Source: Klebsormidium nitens (taxonomy: Eukaryota; Plantae; Klebsormidiophyceae). Taken from it: a stretch of 64,000 nucleotides of DNA. This document shows, piece by piece, positions 1 through 12,517 of the stretch (its first letter is position 1; each line of letters begins with the position of its first letter). The translations under genes were made by a program, and so were the position numbers. The notes beneath the pieces are model-generated. The model made no database searches. It had not been told where the DNA came from and worked only from the letters and a program-made list of their open reading frames with translations. The DNA is taken from assembly GCA_000708835.1 (NCBI GenBank), contig DF237111.1:1-64000 (forward strand). Direction: 5' to 3'.

Positions 1-106
1 ATCCCCGCGAGGGGCTCGGAAAGCTAGCGCCGTTACAGCTTGCCTGATCACAGGAATGACAAAAAATCCAGTCGCAAACACGAGCTTAACCTGGTTCTTG
101 CAGCAA

Positions 107-965
107 TCAATGTTTGTTGAGGCGATGAGGAGTACTTACATCTGCGACAATCTGCACCACAGTGCTGAAGTTGTGGCCACGGTCAAAGTAATCTGTTGTC
201 AAGAAACCGGCGGGCGCGTCATGAAGGATGTGTGTGCAATCGATTGCACCCACGCAGTTAGGTATGCCGTGCACAGCCTCCATCTGAGCGATTGCAGCTT
301 CTCGCTCCTGTCCTTCTTCAGGGTACTTTAGACGGGTGGGCCCTTCAACAATCAGAATGGCTTGCGCGACTCTCCAGTCAACATCACTAACGGTGCTAGT
401 ACCAACGCCAAAGAGCTCCCCCACTCCAAAATTAGATCCGCCATGTCCTAGCTTGTACAAACCTACTGCAAGTTGCTTTGTGACAGTCAACAACCTGCTT
501 GGCAAGGCTCTTGCAAGGCTATCAGGGGGTGTGCAAGTAAGTTGCGCTCTCAAAGCCTCCTCAAGATAAAGGAAAGTGGCTCTTCCAATTCTAAAGAGTC
601 GTCTCCACCTTTCATCATCGTAAACCCGCTGTACAAAAGTCTCAAACCATGTCAAAGATCTGGGTTTGATATACCCGGTCGCCAATATTTGCCCCAAAAA
701 GTTGCACATCTGTAAGAACTTCTTCTCCAAAGAGGGCTGCCACAACAGCAGCAGCGTCATCCATCTCCATTGTTGCGGCCAAAAATGCAAGATTATCCTC
801 CTCATCGTCATCCTCGGTGAAGTAAGCATCCCTGCTTGCGTAACTGGAGGCTCGACCCTCAAGAATGTCCTCAATCGACCAAGAGACAACCCCATGGATA
901 GAAGCTACTGCCAACAGTAGGCTAGCTGTGGTCACTGCAAGGGTGGTCAATGTTGCAGCATCCAT
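107..965 (-). pseudogene. PIF/Harbinger (DDE_Tnp_4, HARBI1-like) transposase, frameshifted; likely continues beyond the window start
   Basis: The ORF 107..895 C-terminal part has Harbinger motifs: KPRSLTWF, WRRLFRIGRATF, KQLAVGLYKLGHG, FGVGTSTVS and GIPNCVGAIDCTHI (first catalytic Asp). The acidic N-terminus (ATG at 965, MDAATLTT) is in another frame, with the switch near 668-674. A GTAAGT donor follows VVQIVAD at 139. Confidence 0.85.
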
Positions 966-1078
966 GGGCTCTGAGTGCAGGGCTGCCCGGCCCGGTCCTG
1001 CTGTTTGTCTCAGGCTCTTGCCGCTTTGGCCTCCCTTCTCAGTCTGCTTCCTTTTGCTTCTTTCGATCAATGACGGTT

Positions 1079-1141
1079 ACAGTGACAGTGACAGTGACAG
1101 CCGTGCATGACCACAGTGCATGCCACTGGCACTGGCACTGG
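1079..1141. repeat. Imperfect foldback: (CAGTGA)x3 ... (CACTGG)x3
   Basis: acagtgacagtgacagtg (1079-1096) matches the reverse complement of cactggcactggcactgg (1124-1141) at 15/18. Confidence 0.7.
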
Positions 1142-1827
1142 CCCGCCCGCGCTTAGACTTTCGCGCTTTCAGCACCGAGCGCCGCGGTAAACCCCACTCC
1201 ATGCGACACTGTTTCCGCTAAATTGACGAGGCACGTGTAACGCGTGATCCCGCGATCGGCCCCCTAAAAAGTTTAGCGGTAGAGGGTGCATGCGACACAC
1301 CCCTTACACCCGCCAAAATTCATAATCGTTCGCGGCCTATGATTTGTTTATCAGCCCGCGGCCTGCCAATCATTACAGTAGCTGTTCGTGAAGTCTAAAA
1401 GGTCTGACAATCATGTGGGTAAAGACAGTAGTTTTCCTGACTTTTAGAGGTCCTTTTCCTGACGCTGGCAAGGAATCAGCAGGCTGTCCGGTCGCTGCAG
1501 ATCCTCTCATGGCGCCATGCATTGGTTCTAAGTTGTCTTGCTGGTGCAATTGACATAAATTCCTGGTAGGCCGTAGATGGCATTGTTAAGTCGCTGTCAC
1601 CAGCAGCAGTGGCAAGGCACCTGCTTGACGGGTCTTTGCCAGGTTCAGCAGAGGTGTCAGCAGGTCGAGAGGCAAGGCATATGTAAGGTGGAAGGAGGTG
1701 AATCTGCTCTACCAAAAGCTTTCTCTTTTCTTTAAGGGCATTCTTTTGCAAAAGCCTTTCAGGGAGCGCGGCCCTCGGTGTTAGTGCCGGCACACTCACC
1801 TTTGTTCTTTCCACTAAAGTTACCCCG

Positions 1828-4800
1828 ATGGCGTCCCATCTTTCTACCCCCTTCCTGCTGATCCTGCTGGCCGCCGGCTGTTGCCAGCTGTCGCCCGCCT
1901 CTGCCCAGGTTCCAACACCTGTCACCCAGCTCCCATTCAGCTCCAGCGAGCTCGCTCCGCAGACTGCCGCGCGGGCTGCTTACTTCAGCGCCATGCTCGC
2001 AGGAGGGGGCGGAGATGCAGCCAACTTGGCTGCCAATGTGAGAAACTTTGCGGCGACTCCCGTCGGCCTGGGGGGTGGGTTCATTTCGCTGGCGACATTT
2101 GTCGTGAACACCGCGATTGGGACGCCTCCTGTGACGGTTCCGCTGATCGTTGACACCGGAAGCCATGTGTGCTTTACACAAGGACCAAACTGTACGACCT
2201 GTCCGAGTGGGGGCGGGTGCCAGAACAGTCCCTTTGGTGCGAACTCAGGCTCGACTTGTCCCTATGGGGGGCCGATATACGATCCCTCCCAATCTAGTAC
2301 AGCTGTCACCAGCACAACGTGTGCCCAGTGCGCAGGTGAATCGTTTGGGGCGACGGGGTGCCTCGAAGAGGCATTCTCCCCCCCTAATACGTGCCAGTTC
2401 GAGATCAGGTTTGGGATTGGCAATGCCGCGGGCCGGTTTACGCAGGACGTTGTGTCGGTGGGGTCTGTCTCCTCAGGGGGTCAGCGCCTTTTCATCGGGA
2501 CTACCACCTTTCAGTCCGCCTTCGAGGGCACAGCGGGGTTGCTGGGCTTCGGGCCGGCCGTGACTTCCCTGCCTGTCCAATTGAAGCAGGTATGTAGTGC
2601 TGGTCGGTCTGTTCAGTCAGGTATCGCCTTTCTGAGTTGTTCTTTCTTCGGAGGGGTTTTCTCCCGGCGCGCTAAGCAGTGTCGCCCAGAATGTTGGCTC
2701 CAGGCAGCTGGTCGGTCAGGAGGTGTTGTTAGGAATGCGAAATAGTCTTGCCTAGAAGAAACGGACCAAACCCTCCGAAGGTTACACAGTCTGTGAACGC
2801 TGAGGAAACTCTTTGGGAAACTTGCTGTTGGGGGCTTTTGAATATCATCTCTCTCTTGCATGCACCTGTTCTTGACAGCAGTTGCTTTAACAAACCAGGA
2901 GTGTGAAAGCTCACGCCTTTGACCTTGATAGGAAGGAATGTTGAGCGCTGTCCCTTCTGTGCGGAAGATCAAGAACCACCTAAGGACAATCTGTCTCTTT
3001 CAACTACACCACATGTCATGTGTTCGCCACTCTGTCTGTGTTGCATAAAATTGTCAACGATTCTCACCCTCTGGCCAGAGTACATTAACCTTAACCTTAC
3101 ACTGTCGCTTCGATCCAAAGATCATTAATTCAGCACTTTGCATCCGTACGATCCGCATGTCAGCAAGGATCGCCCACCACCCACTTTGCCATTTCCTCTT
3201 CCCCAGCATTCAGATCCTGTTCTCGATTCACATGTTGCCTGTTTGGTGCCTTACCAGACTTGTTGGAAGAGAAAGGACCAGACTCGTGAGTGTTTTTTCG
3301 CAAGTACGACCGTCAACATTGACAAAGAATCTCGTCGCCTCATGCTAATCACTAAAGCAGATTCATTTGTAGTTGGCTCTCAAGCAGCAACCTCACCTCT
3401 CACAATCTGTAACGCCAGTCTATGCCCCCGAAAAAGCAATTTGTTGCGTCTTTTTTGTTTTCCTGCTATTCCTCAAATTTGGGGTGGTTTCAGCTCCGAC
3501 CCAAATTGGGCAGAATGACCGCTGCAGCACAAGAAAACCCTGAAACGCCAAAACAAGAAGATCGCGTGTTGCAGTCATGTACAAGTCCAATGTAACTTAT
3601 TGCGATGCTCACCCTTGCATGCCTGTCCAGGTCGGCGCCCTTCCTTCCTCCACCTTTGCCCTTTGCCTGGCATCCGGTACCAGCAACGGAGGCACGCTCT
3701 TCCTTGGGGGGGTCCCTGACCAGCCTGGCGGCGCCCCCTACGACATTTCGTATACGGGGCCCCTGCTCCGGAACCCTTTTGTCTTTTTCATCATACCGAA
3801 CCCAACGAACGTCCTGTTGAACGGCAACCCTGTGGCTGGGGCTGCTTCAGCGCTGCAATCTGACACCAATGCAGGATCCGCTTGGATCGTGGACTCAGGT
3901 ATTTAGCCTCACCCACATCTTTCCAATTGCAGCTTGTTGTCTTAGTTTTAGCCAACTTGAGCCTGGCTCTGAGACTGCAAGAGTCGAACTTCTGAATCTG
4001 CTTTGTTGATTGTTTACTTTGGATGAACCTGTCAATTTGGGTGGTTCTCACGTGAGTCTGGGCATTTTAAGAAGCTTGTTACGTCAGAGAAAAAGTTTGG
4101 GGGGACTTTTGTTCGAACCAAAAAGGGTCACCGGAGAAACGGCGACAAGCACCAATTGCAAGCACGAGTTGCCGCGACTTTGCTTGCTCAGATTTCTCGT
4201 GTCTGTCAGAATTCATGAGCATCACACGGGTTTTTCTGGATCTGTGCACCACTTGCTTTGACTCCGTCAAAAAGGTAAAGCCAGCTTTCTTGGACGAGCT
4301 TTTGCAGATTGCGGCCCTTTCAAGATCTAATGACAGCCCGAGGTCCCAGGCGTTTTTGCAGTTTATGATGATTTCCGCGACTTCTATCACTATCACTAAC
4401 TCACGCGCTTCGTGTTACCTTCCAATCAGCCTCAAAAAACATCTAGCTCGAAGCACACTTTCATTATGTGTGAGCAGCAAAGCGGCAATCTTTTTATTTG
4501 TTCGTCATCTTCTGAAAGTCGTGCTTCATCCTTGCAGGGACCACGCTCACTGTTCTTGGCACCCCCTTGTACGACGCACTGCTGGGCGCCATAAAGACAG
4601 CTGTCGGGTGCCCCAACACAATCTCCCGGGTCGGCTTGGATTTCATCGAGTGAGATTTGTTCCTTTTGCTCCAAAATGCGATTCACCTTGGGGCACTGTT
4701 TCTTCCATTTTAGCGTAGCATTCTCTTTGTATCTCAAAAGTCTCGGGTCTTCTGTTACATGGGGAGTCGCATCAGTTTTGGTGTTTGATGAGAAAGTGCT

Positions 4801-7800
4801 TCGGGGAATGGAGGACGAAACGACTCGTGTTTCAGGGTTTGGAGGAAGCAAACGTCCAATGGTAGTTACGACAAAGTTGCTGCATTTGCCGTTTACTTAA
4901 GGTCGTCAACCAGATGACACCTGTCAAATCTGTCCTTATTTCCATAAGTACTTTCCTCTTGCTTTGCTCAACATTTTTATCTGCTCTTGACTCATGTGCA
5001 TCTCATTTTTTTGCAGCCTCACGACGTGCAACCCACGTAAGTTCCTCCCTTATCTCTTCCGTTATATTTGCAGTGTTGCCACAGGAATTTCTCTCACTTC
5101 CGTTGCCGTGGCGGGCAGCTGCTTGTGTTGTTATACAGTGCGAACGTGCTCTCCTAGAGAGCATGCAGAGGGTTGTCAGCGGAGCTTAACTTCTCTGGAG
5201 TGTCTAAAGCGCAGAATTTTTGTAGTTTATTCTTGTGTCCCCCGTACTCGAGGTGTTGCTTTTCTCACATACAGTGCTTACAAACTGATGGTTTCTCGTC
5301 GTTTGCGCTCTCCTTGAAAACATCCATTTTGTGTAGTGCTTCGCGGTTAGTCTTTTCTGATGCCTTAAGGATCAGATATCCCGTAACTTGACGCGCTTAG
5401 ATGCACGTCCCTTGACAGGCTCCTCGCCGTATGGGGATCCGCCCCTCTGCCATCGACGCCTTTTCATTCCAAAAAGCGTTCATTTCTTTATCCCTGCTCC
5501 TCTCCTGGAAAAATCAAAGCCGCCCCCATTTTACCCATTCCGCAGCGTTCACGTCTTTTTCCAACGATGAGCTCTACTCGCGCTTCCCCACTCTGACGCT
5601 CCAGCTGCAAGGCACGCAAGCGGTCGCGCGGCCAAAGTCGTACCTTTACCCCCTGGACGGCACTAACCGTTTCGTTAACCCGGGCATTGATGACGGGGGC
5701 CCGGCCTCTTCTAACCCGAATAACGCGGCTGTCCGAATCGTCGGCGACAGTTTCATCACCGATAACCTGGTACGGTTTCATCTCGGTTCTGGCCAACTGA
5801 AATGTTCCATGCGGAACGAGGCACGTCTGACAGCATCTATGAAGCACCAGTAATGATACTCTGTTGGTTGGAGCTTGGATTGGTAGTTTTGGACACGCCC
5901 AGGGGACTGCTGCTTGTAATTCCATACAATCTGAGCCCTGGTATAGCGCGAAAATTTGTCCGCAATCTTGAGAAAATCCAGGATTTTTGTTGACGTCAAC
6001 GCGAACAGTGTCCGAAGCTTTTGTCCGAGGTTCGTTTGGCCAAGCGCATCTTGGCGTGGCTTAAAGGTGACCGGGGCAACCTCAATCTGGTTCCTTTTGA
6101 GGTTGGACGTAGCAAACTTTCTGTCTGGACGTCTAAGAACCTGAAAAAGGCTGTGAAAAAGCTCGAGAACTACCGCTCTTGTACGCAAAGTTATGCCTGG
6201 AACCGAGCGCCTTCTGTTTCCAGGTCGTTTTTGACGCAGAGAACAGCCGGGTGGGTTTTGCGAGCGTGAACTGCGACACTCTGTGTAAGTCGCCTATACC
6301 CGCTTGCGCCTTTGGGGACTGCAAGCAACCATTCTTCCCTTGTACGACAAACCAGGAAGTAGACTCTCAATGAAATCTCATTTTTGCATAAGCTGAAGCT
6401 TCAAGTCATCCGGCCGTTCTGAGAGATAGGATTCCAAATTTCCTCACTCCCTTGGAGCTTCACGAGTCAAGCGTTTCTTGGCCAAGCTTGTCCTTTCACA
6501 TTTATCTGCGGTACGTCCACGCCCACTTGGAAGATCAGAGACTTATGACAGGTGCCACGAACAAGGGCGGGGATCAGTCTCGTAGGATTGCTTTTCAGGG
6601 CTTCCGTCTCGATGTTGTTCCAGATCCGCTCGTACGACTTTCTGTCCATTTTTAAGCCTTTGTCTGCACCGAGCGAACAATCAAGTGATCTTCGTCGCTG
6701 CAGCATCTCGATCAGTATTCTTCCTTCGCCGGTTGACGCTCCCCGCACTTGCTTCTGCCTCTCACCTCCCCTGTCCAAAAGGAAATCTAATATTGTGCAT
6801 TGAGCAACCTGGCTCCTTTTACGATCCTTCCCCAAGAGTTGTTCCGCTGATGGCCGCGAAACTGTCCATCTGCAGTGCCTCTCGCACCCGCTTCAAGCAA
6901 CCCCTCCCCAACTGTTTCTCCCCCGACCACTCCCGTCTCCCCGGGTGTTTCCGCTAACCCGGGGCCGGACGGCACGTGCAGTTCTTTCCTCGCCACCCCC
7001 AACCAGTGCTACACGGCGGACGGCACTGGGTCTATCTGCTGCGCCGGCCAGGTGGATTTGGCTGGGTTTGGTTGAATCTGGCTGGGTTTAGCTGGGTTTT
7101 GCTGAGTTTGGCTGGGTTTGGCTGGGTTTAGCCGGATTTCGTTTGGCTTGGTCGGGCTTGGTTGGATTTGACAAGCTGGGCTACATGATAAGGACAGGAA
7201 AGGTAAGGAGATGGAGTAGTAGAAACGCATCGGGCAACGTTCATCACACATTCAGCGCCTGCTTCTGCCCATTGCTTTTCTTTGCACCTTTTGCGTCAGA
7301 GAAGATGTAATCAAGGGAGCAGAAACCCAACGGAGGGGTAAATAAGATCAACAGGAAGTGGAAGGAAGACGTACTCAAAATTAGTAAAATCAAGCGCGTT
7401 TGAGGACCCGAGCATGGGTCATAAGGGACCCATGTACCCTGTCTACATCATCCTGGTCGTGGTTGATCATCGAGGTCTCCTTGAACTGTGCTTGGCCATA
7501 CTTCCGCTACTGGTTTTCCGTTGGAAGATAGAAAGCACCCCTTTATGCCGATCAATGGAATACAGATGCACTCGTTGTTGGCCCTTGCGATATGTTTCAG
7601 TTTCGAGGCACTTTTGCTGTGTTGCCGTCAGCGTAGGCAGTTTTTCTGGTTCAACAAAAGCTTGCACTATGTTCATTCTTTGCAGAGGCCAGCCGCAGGA
7701 TGCATCAATAATTCCACATCCGTAGCGTCTTTCTGATCGTAGAGCAGAACACCGATTGCAAACATGCTGCCTGCCAAACCGTTCTTTTCTGTTGAAGCCT

Positions 7801-10025
7801 CGTTCGTAAGCGGCACCTGCTCGGCCAACTCCTGCTTTACATTGGGATTGGCTTCCATCTCAAAGCGGAGGTCTAACACGTGGCAAACGTAACACTCAGC
7901 AGCGTCGTTTCCAGACATCCTATAAGTTCCGCGTCCCTTGTTTTCGTCCAGTGCCCCAACCCCCCTGCCGTCGGAACCCCAAATTGCGGAGCTGGCTCTG
8001 CGGCCCCCCCGACCACGCCTGCCCCAACCGTCGCTCCCCCGACCACTCCCGCCCCGACCGTTCCGGTTCCGGCCCCGACCACCTCCGCCCCAACCGTTCC
8101 GGTTCCGGCCCCGACCACTTCGGCCCCAGTACTTCCGGCTTCGACCACTCCGGCCTCCCCCGGCGGTTCCGCCAACCCGGGACCGGACGGCACGTGCAGC
8201 TCTTTGCCCGCCACCCCCAACCAGTGCTACACGTCGGACGGAACGAGGTCCATCTGCTGCGCCGGCCAGGTGGGTTATTCTTCCATTGTTGTGCATGAGG
8301 CTGTCAATTGCGAACTTAGAAAGAGGACTCTAGGGCTCCAGTCACCATCGCGGGCAGCCTGTCAGATTCAGAAGAAAAGGTGCTCGACGAGAACGGGATA
8401 AGGAGCGAGCTGAGTCAGGTCAAGGTCGACATGAAGTACTCGTCTTGGATCCCCTAGTCAGTACGCACGTTTTGGGCCTCTTGACACAACGGGTCTTTTG
8501 ACCAACCGCTGGGCGAATGTGTCAAAGCAAAAGTTCGGAAACGCGGCGACGCGCTTACACAAATCTCGTGCAAAAGTCGCCGGCGAAGTCTAGAGGCCGA
8601 CTTTGCGGTTGGCAGAGAGCAATTGATGCGACCTCCATCGGATGGTCCGGAGGGTCGAAGTTGGGGGCTGCCCCCATCGATCGACGGTTCTGAACTTTTG
8701 TTGCCGGCACCACGAGCGTGCGCACTGACTGCCCCAGTTGTACTGACGTCCGCCAAAAGCAAGTGCTGGCCGGTCAAGCGTATTGTGACCTCTCTGACGT
8801 CGTTGACATCAAGTACTGTCTCCACGCCGACTGATTGTGTCTTGTAGCAGTAGCAGAATCGATTAACGGAAACATTCAGAACCTTCTGAGTGGACACGTT
8901 AAGCACCTTTTGATCAAACCTCCAAGAACCTCAGCTGGCTATCTGCAAGACTTGGTTGGATTTCCGATACTCAATATGCAGAATGCTACTCACACTCAGT
9001 CGCCCACGGTCAAAGGACAAGGGGCTAAACTGGAGTCACTCTTTAAATTGTATCGTACTTCTTAACCCGATGTAACCTTGTCTTTTCTCAGTGCCCCAAC
9101 CCGCCCGCCGTTGGCAACCCGAGCTGCGGAGCGGGCAGCCCCGCCGCCCCCACCCCGACCAACCCCGCGCCTGCAGCGACAAACCCGGCGCCTAACCCCA
9201 CCACTAACCCGACCACTCCCGCGCCCGTGGTCCCGGCCCCTACCACCCCCGGTGTAAACACCCCGGCCCCCACGTCAGCTTCGGGGACACCAAATGTCTT
9301 CCCCGCAGGGGGCGTGTGCAACCCTTCGTCGTCGTTTCCGAACCAGGTGCGCGCAACTACTAGCCGGGTGTTTCGCTCTTTGTCTCTTTCCAAATTCTGC
9401 GGCCACGCTAGCTTTTCCTCTTCGCGAACCGCCCGTGCTTTTCTTTCTCGCAGTTGCGCTGTGTATTGTTCCGGCTTTCTCGCGTCTGCCCAATCTGGGG
9501 AATTGCTGAATTGTGCCTTTGGATCTTCGGGTGTGATCTTGATCGATGAGATTCTTGGAGGTGCCCGTCTGACGGCGTGCTCGTACTGTGACGAAACATC
9601 GCGTAAGAGATGGAGATTTTCTCTCGTACCTTCCATTTGAGGAAGGTTAAGATGCATTCTACTATTAACAAAGGCGCCAGGGGATGGTAGGGTTGGTCGG
9701 GTGCTTAAGGTGGTTTTGGTGCATAGAGCGTAAATTTTGGGTCAAGTTTTAGTCCGAATGCGTGGATTACTTGATCGTTAAGTGAAATGAAAGGGTATTT
9801 GAAGTGGGAGCTACCAATATTGGTGAATTGTGCTCCTCAACGACTAGCAACACTGCGTCCCGTTAGGCTTGAGAATCCTCAATAAGTTGTGACAATTACC
9901 GTTGTTGTTGATTGCCGTTACGGTTGTTGTTATGTGCGCAGTGCTTCAACGCCGACGGTTCCGCTTTCACCTGCTGCTCGGGACCTTGCCCCGGGACGCC
10001 CGGCAACACTCCGTCCTGTACCTAA
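1828..10025 (+). CDS. Secreted pepsin-family (A1) aspartic protease with C-terminal Pro/Thr linkers and three six-Cys modules, about 759 aa
   Basis: Signal peptide, catalytic LIVDTGS (exon 1) and IVDS|GTT (exons 2/3), plus GTLFLGG, FPTLTLQL, RIVGDSF and VVFDAENSRVGFA. Exons: 1828-2589, 3631-3898, 4538-4649, 5017-5036, 5546-5769, 6224-6284, 6876-7051, 7952-8269, 9092-9346, 9942-10025. All introns are GT-AG, phases are consistent, and the total is 2280 nt. Confidence 0.92.
7051..7170. repeat. 10-bp-period minisatellite (consensus GCTGGGTTTG), about 12 degenerate units, starting at the intron 7 donor
   Basis: Successive 10-mers include gctgggtttg, gctgggttta, gctgggtttt, gctgagtttg and gccggatttc. 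Confidence 0.9.
9681..9753 (+). repeat. Decayed copy of the G-rich core family (see 28345 and 58457) in the last protease intron
   Basis: gggatggtagggttggtcgggtgcttaaggtggttttggtgcatagagcg...ttttagt aligns colinearly with the core gggacgggtagggttagtttggtggttagggtgggtgcgggtgcggagcg...ttttagt. No clear arms. Confidence 0.55.
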
Positions 10026-11768
10026 GGTAAGCCCCGGTGCTTTACCCCGAGTAGAACTGTTTCCGCTCACCCCTTATCATCTACTTGAGTTGACGCCGCC
10101 TAAAGTGGTCCAGATTGAGAAGCAGCCTCGAGTCTTTGAAAAGGTCGGATTCCGTTTCAGGAAGTTTTAGTCTTTGGAACTCTTTGGAGCGGACTCTGTT
10201 TCGTCCGCTTTGTGCCTCTCACAAAATCTGGCTGCCTGACTCAAGCTTGCTCTCTGCGGATTGCCTGGGACGAGGCGTTCGATCTGGGCGGTATGGCGGA
10301 CCTGACAGATCAATGTATGCTTTAAGATCGTGTCATAAATCGGGCGCCGTTTATGGAAACGCCTTCGCGACTTTCGGCTGACTTGCATTGAACCAGGCGG
10401 CCGAGCTCGACGTGTCAGCAAAAATTCGTCGTTTAGGACTGGGATTCGTACTGGCATGTGCGAAAAATGCGCCAACTCGTGGCCTTTGAGATTCCTTCTC
10501 GCGGACACTGCTATGCCATTAAGGGCGGTGCTCAGTGGGCAATTCGTGTAACATCAACATTGGTTGGAAGGAGGCACTTAGAAGCAGCGAGAGGTTTAAC
10601 AGCCGCAAGGTTTGAACGCTGCCTCACCCCCTTGTCGAAGGCCAATTTTCTCACACTACTGACTTAACTTCGCGCGCGTCGCTGATCATTTCATCCAATT
10701 CATGCTCTTTTCGCAGTCAACACATCCCTTGGATTATGCAATCCAGCCAATCCAGTCAAGACGTCCGGGCCCTTGCAGGGACTCGTGGCGCACAGGAGTC
10801 TCTAAATGAGAGTATTTATTCTGGCCGGTCGCGCAAGCACGCTAGAACGGCGTATAAGGAGACGTCCGGATTTTGGTCGGTCTGCCTAAGAGGATCAAAC
10901 TGAGATTTCTAGATATCAATCACACCATTTTGTATTCCGAGCAATACACGCGTTGAGAGAAGCAGTTTTGTACCCGGCTGTATTTTGTCGTACCAAGCGT
11001 GCGAGCCCACTCGATCAAAGAGGCGTTCTGAGAATACGCGCTATCCAGCAAACATTCTAGGCCCCCACGCGCGGGTTGAAAGGAATCATCGTCCGGACTC
11101 GGAAGAACCTTCTTGTGGACGGAAGTGTACGCTATTTAGTGTCGAGCCCACATTGACGGGCTTTGGAGTTGATTACTTAAGTTGAGACCAGGTTGCAAGA
11201 GAGTAGCCCGTCGCTTGCGCCGAATTTAACAAACATAACCTGTCACGTGTTGGTCGTTCTAGAGGTATAAAGTAAAGCGCATGAAGGCCTTCTGATAGGT
11301 AAAGTCTGACGCTAACTCGTACGGTGAAACTGCGTCTCCAGATATTGAACAATTCTTCTAACCGTCATGATCTATCTTGCTCAGATGCTTCACTGGGTCC
11401 CTCACTAAGCTCGAAACGTCGTAACCATCGATATCCTAGAGGCAACCGCTGGCACTGAGCAACTTAATTCAAGTCATGACCAAATGCGTAATTGGATTGC
11501 GAGGTCACATGTCGCCTCTATGTAGTCAATGTTTCAAATTTGTTGACGCTTATCTGTCGAGATCCGAGCAAAGCGATGACAGATTTGAACGGAGTGCTGG
11601 CATGCCAAACACTGTAGTCCTAGCAATCGACACCTCGTTCAGGGACGTAGACTCAATGACGAGCACAATTCTGCCACGTGTACAACCATACTATGCGTGC
11701 GCGCGCGGTGACGACTTAGTTCCCAATCGCTAGTGTGCACGAAAGCTGCACGGTGCCGGGCGCTGCAG

Positions 11769-11926
11769 CTAGTAGCTGCAGCGCACTGCAGTGTGCACTG
11801 CTGCTGCGGCAGTGCGGAAGGCCTTGCTTGCACACGTGGCGCGCAGAAAGAAGGGGGGTCCTGGCGCGCGAGCAGTTCCAAGATGACAAGCAGAATGTCG
11901 CCCGGAAGCTCCGCCATGGGCGCCAT
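11769..11926 (-). pseudogene. Truncated, frameshifted F-box-like paralog of the 12518 gene
   Basis: MAELPGDILLVILELLARQDPPSF continues in another frame as LRATCASKAFRTAAA. The intact paralog reads GNDVLVLILNKLCQQDPPSLLRATCASKALLSAAA. A 1-nt deletion (tctttctgcgc vs tctttgctgcgc) lies near 11846, and a stop follows soon after. Confidence 0.85.
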
Positions 11927-12517
11927 CGCTGATTACACCGCGGAGGCCCAACAGTAGATCAAGTTCACCTGTCCTTCAAAGTCGCAGTCGATTCTGCTCG
12001 GGACCTGCTTCACCGTACTAGCGGCCCTCTCCCTCAGCGTCTCGGACGTCAAGAGGCTTTGGAATGGTTAACCACTTACCGAGAACTGTTACTGCAAAGC
12101 CCCACCCTCAAAACTCACAGCCGCGACCCAAGCGCCGTACGTGCTCGCCTTTGCGGACTCTGCTCATCTGCTCCGTCCGACTCGAACACGCGCCCGCGCC
12201 TCCCCGACCGCCGCCACCTGACTCCGCAAACCCTGCGCAAAGCCGGCCGCCGTTCGTGTATAGGTACGTGGATCTAGACACGCGTGTGCAATGGTATCTA
12301 CCAATCATTGCATGACGCCGCCATAATCTTTGTCATCGTAACATGTCCGGCAGCTGCCGTCCAGTTTTGCTTTGGCGGCGCGTCCGCGATCGGTCCCAGA
12401 TCGATCCTTAGCCCTCCTCCAAAACAAACTTGAGCCCGTCTGATCGAGGTGGTCAACCAAAGATAGACGTCACCTTGCCTGCACAACAGAAACGCTGAAA
12501 CTCGCACGCGCGCGGTG

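Noticed and set aside
9454-9640. Cys-containing ORF continuation as the last protease exon
   Set aside because: The phase does not match the 9346 donor for that frame. The exon at 9942-10025 completes the third six-Cys module exactly.
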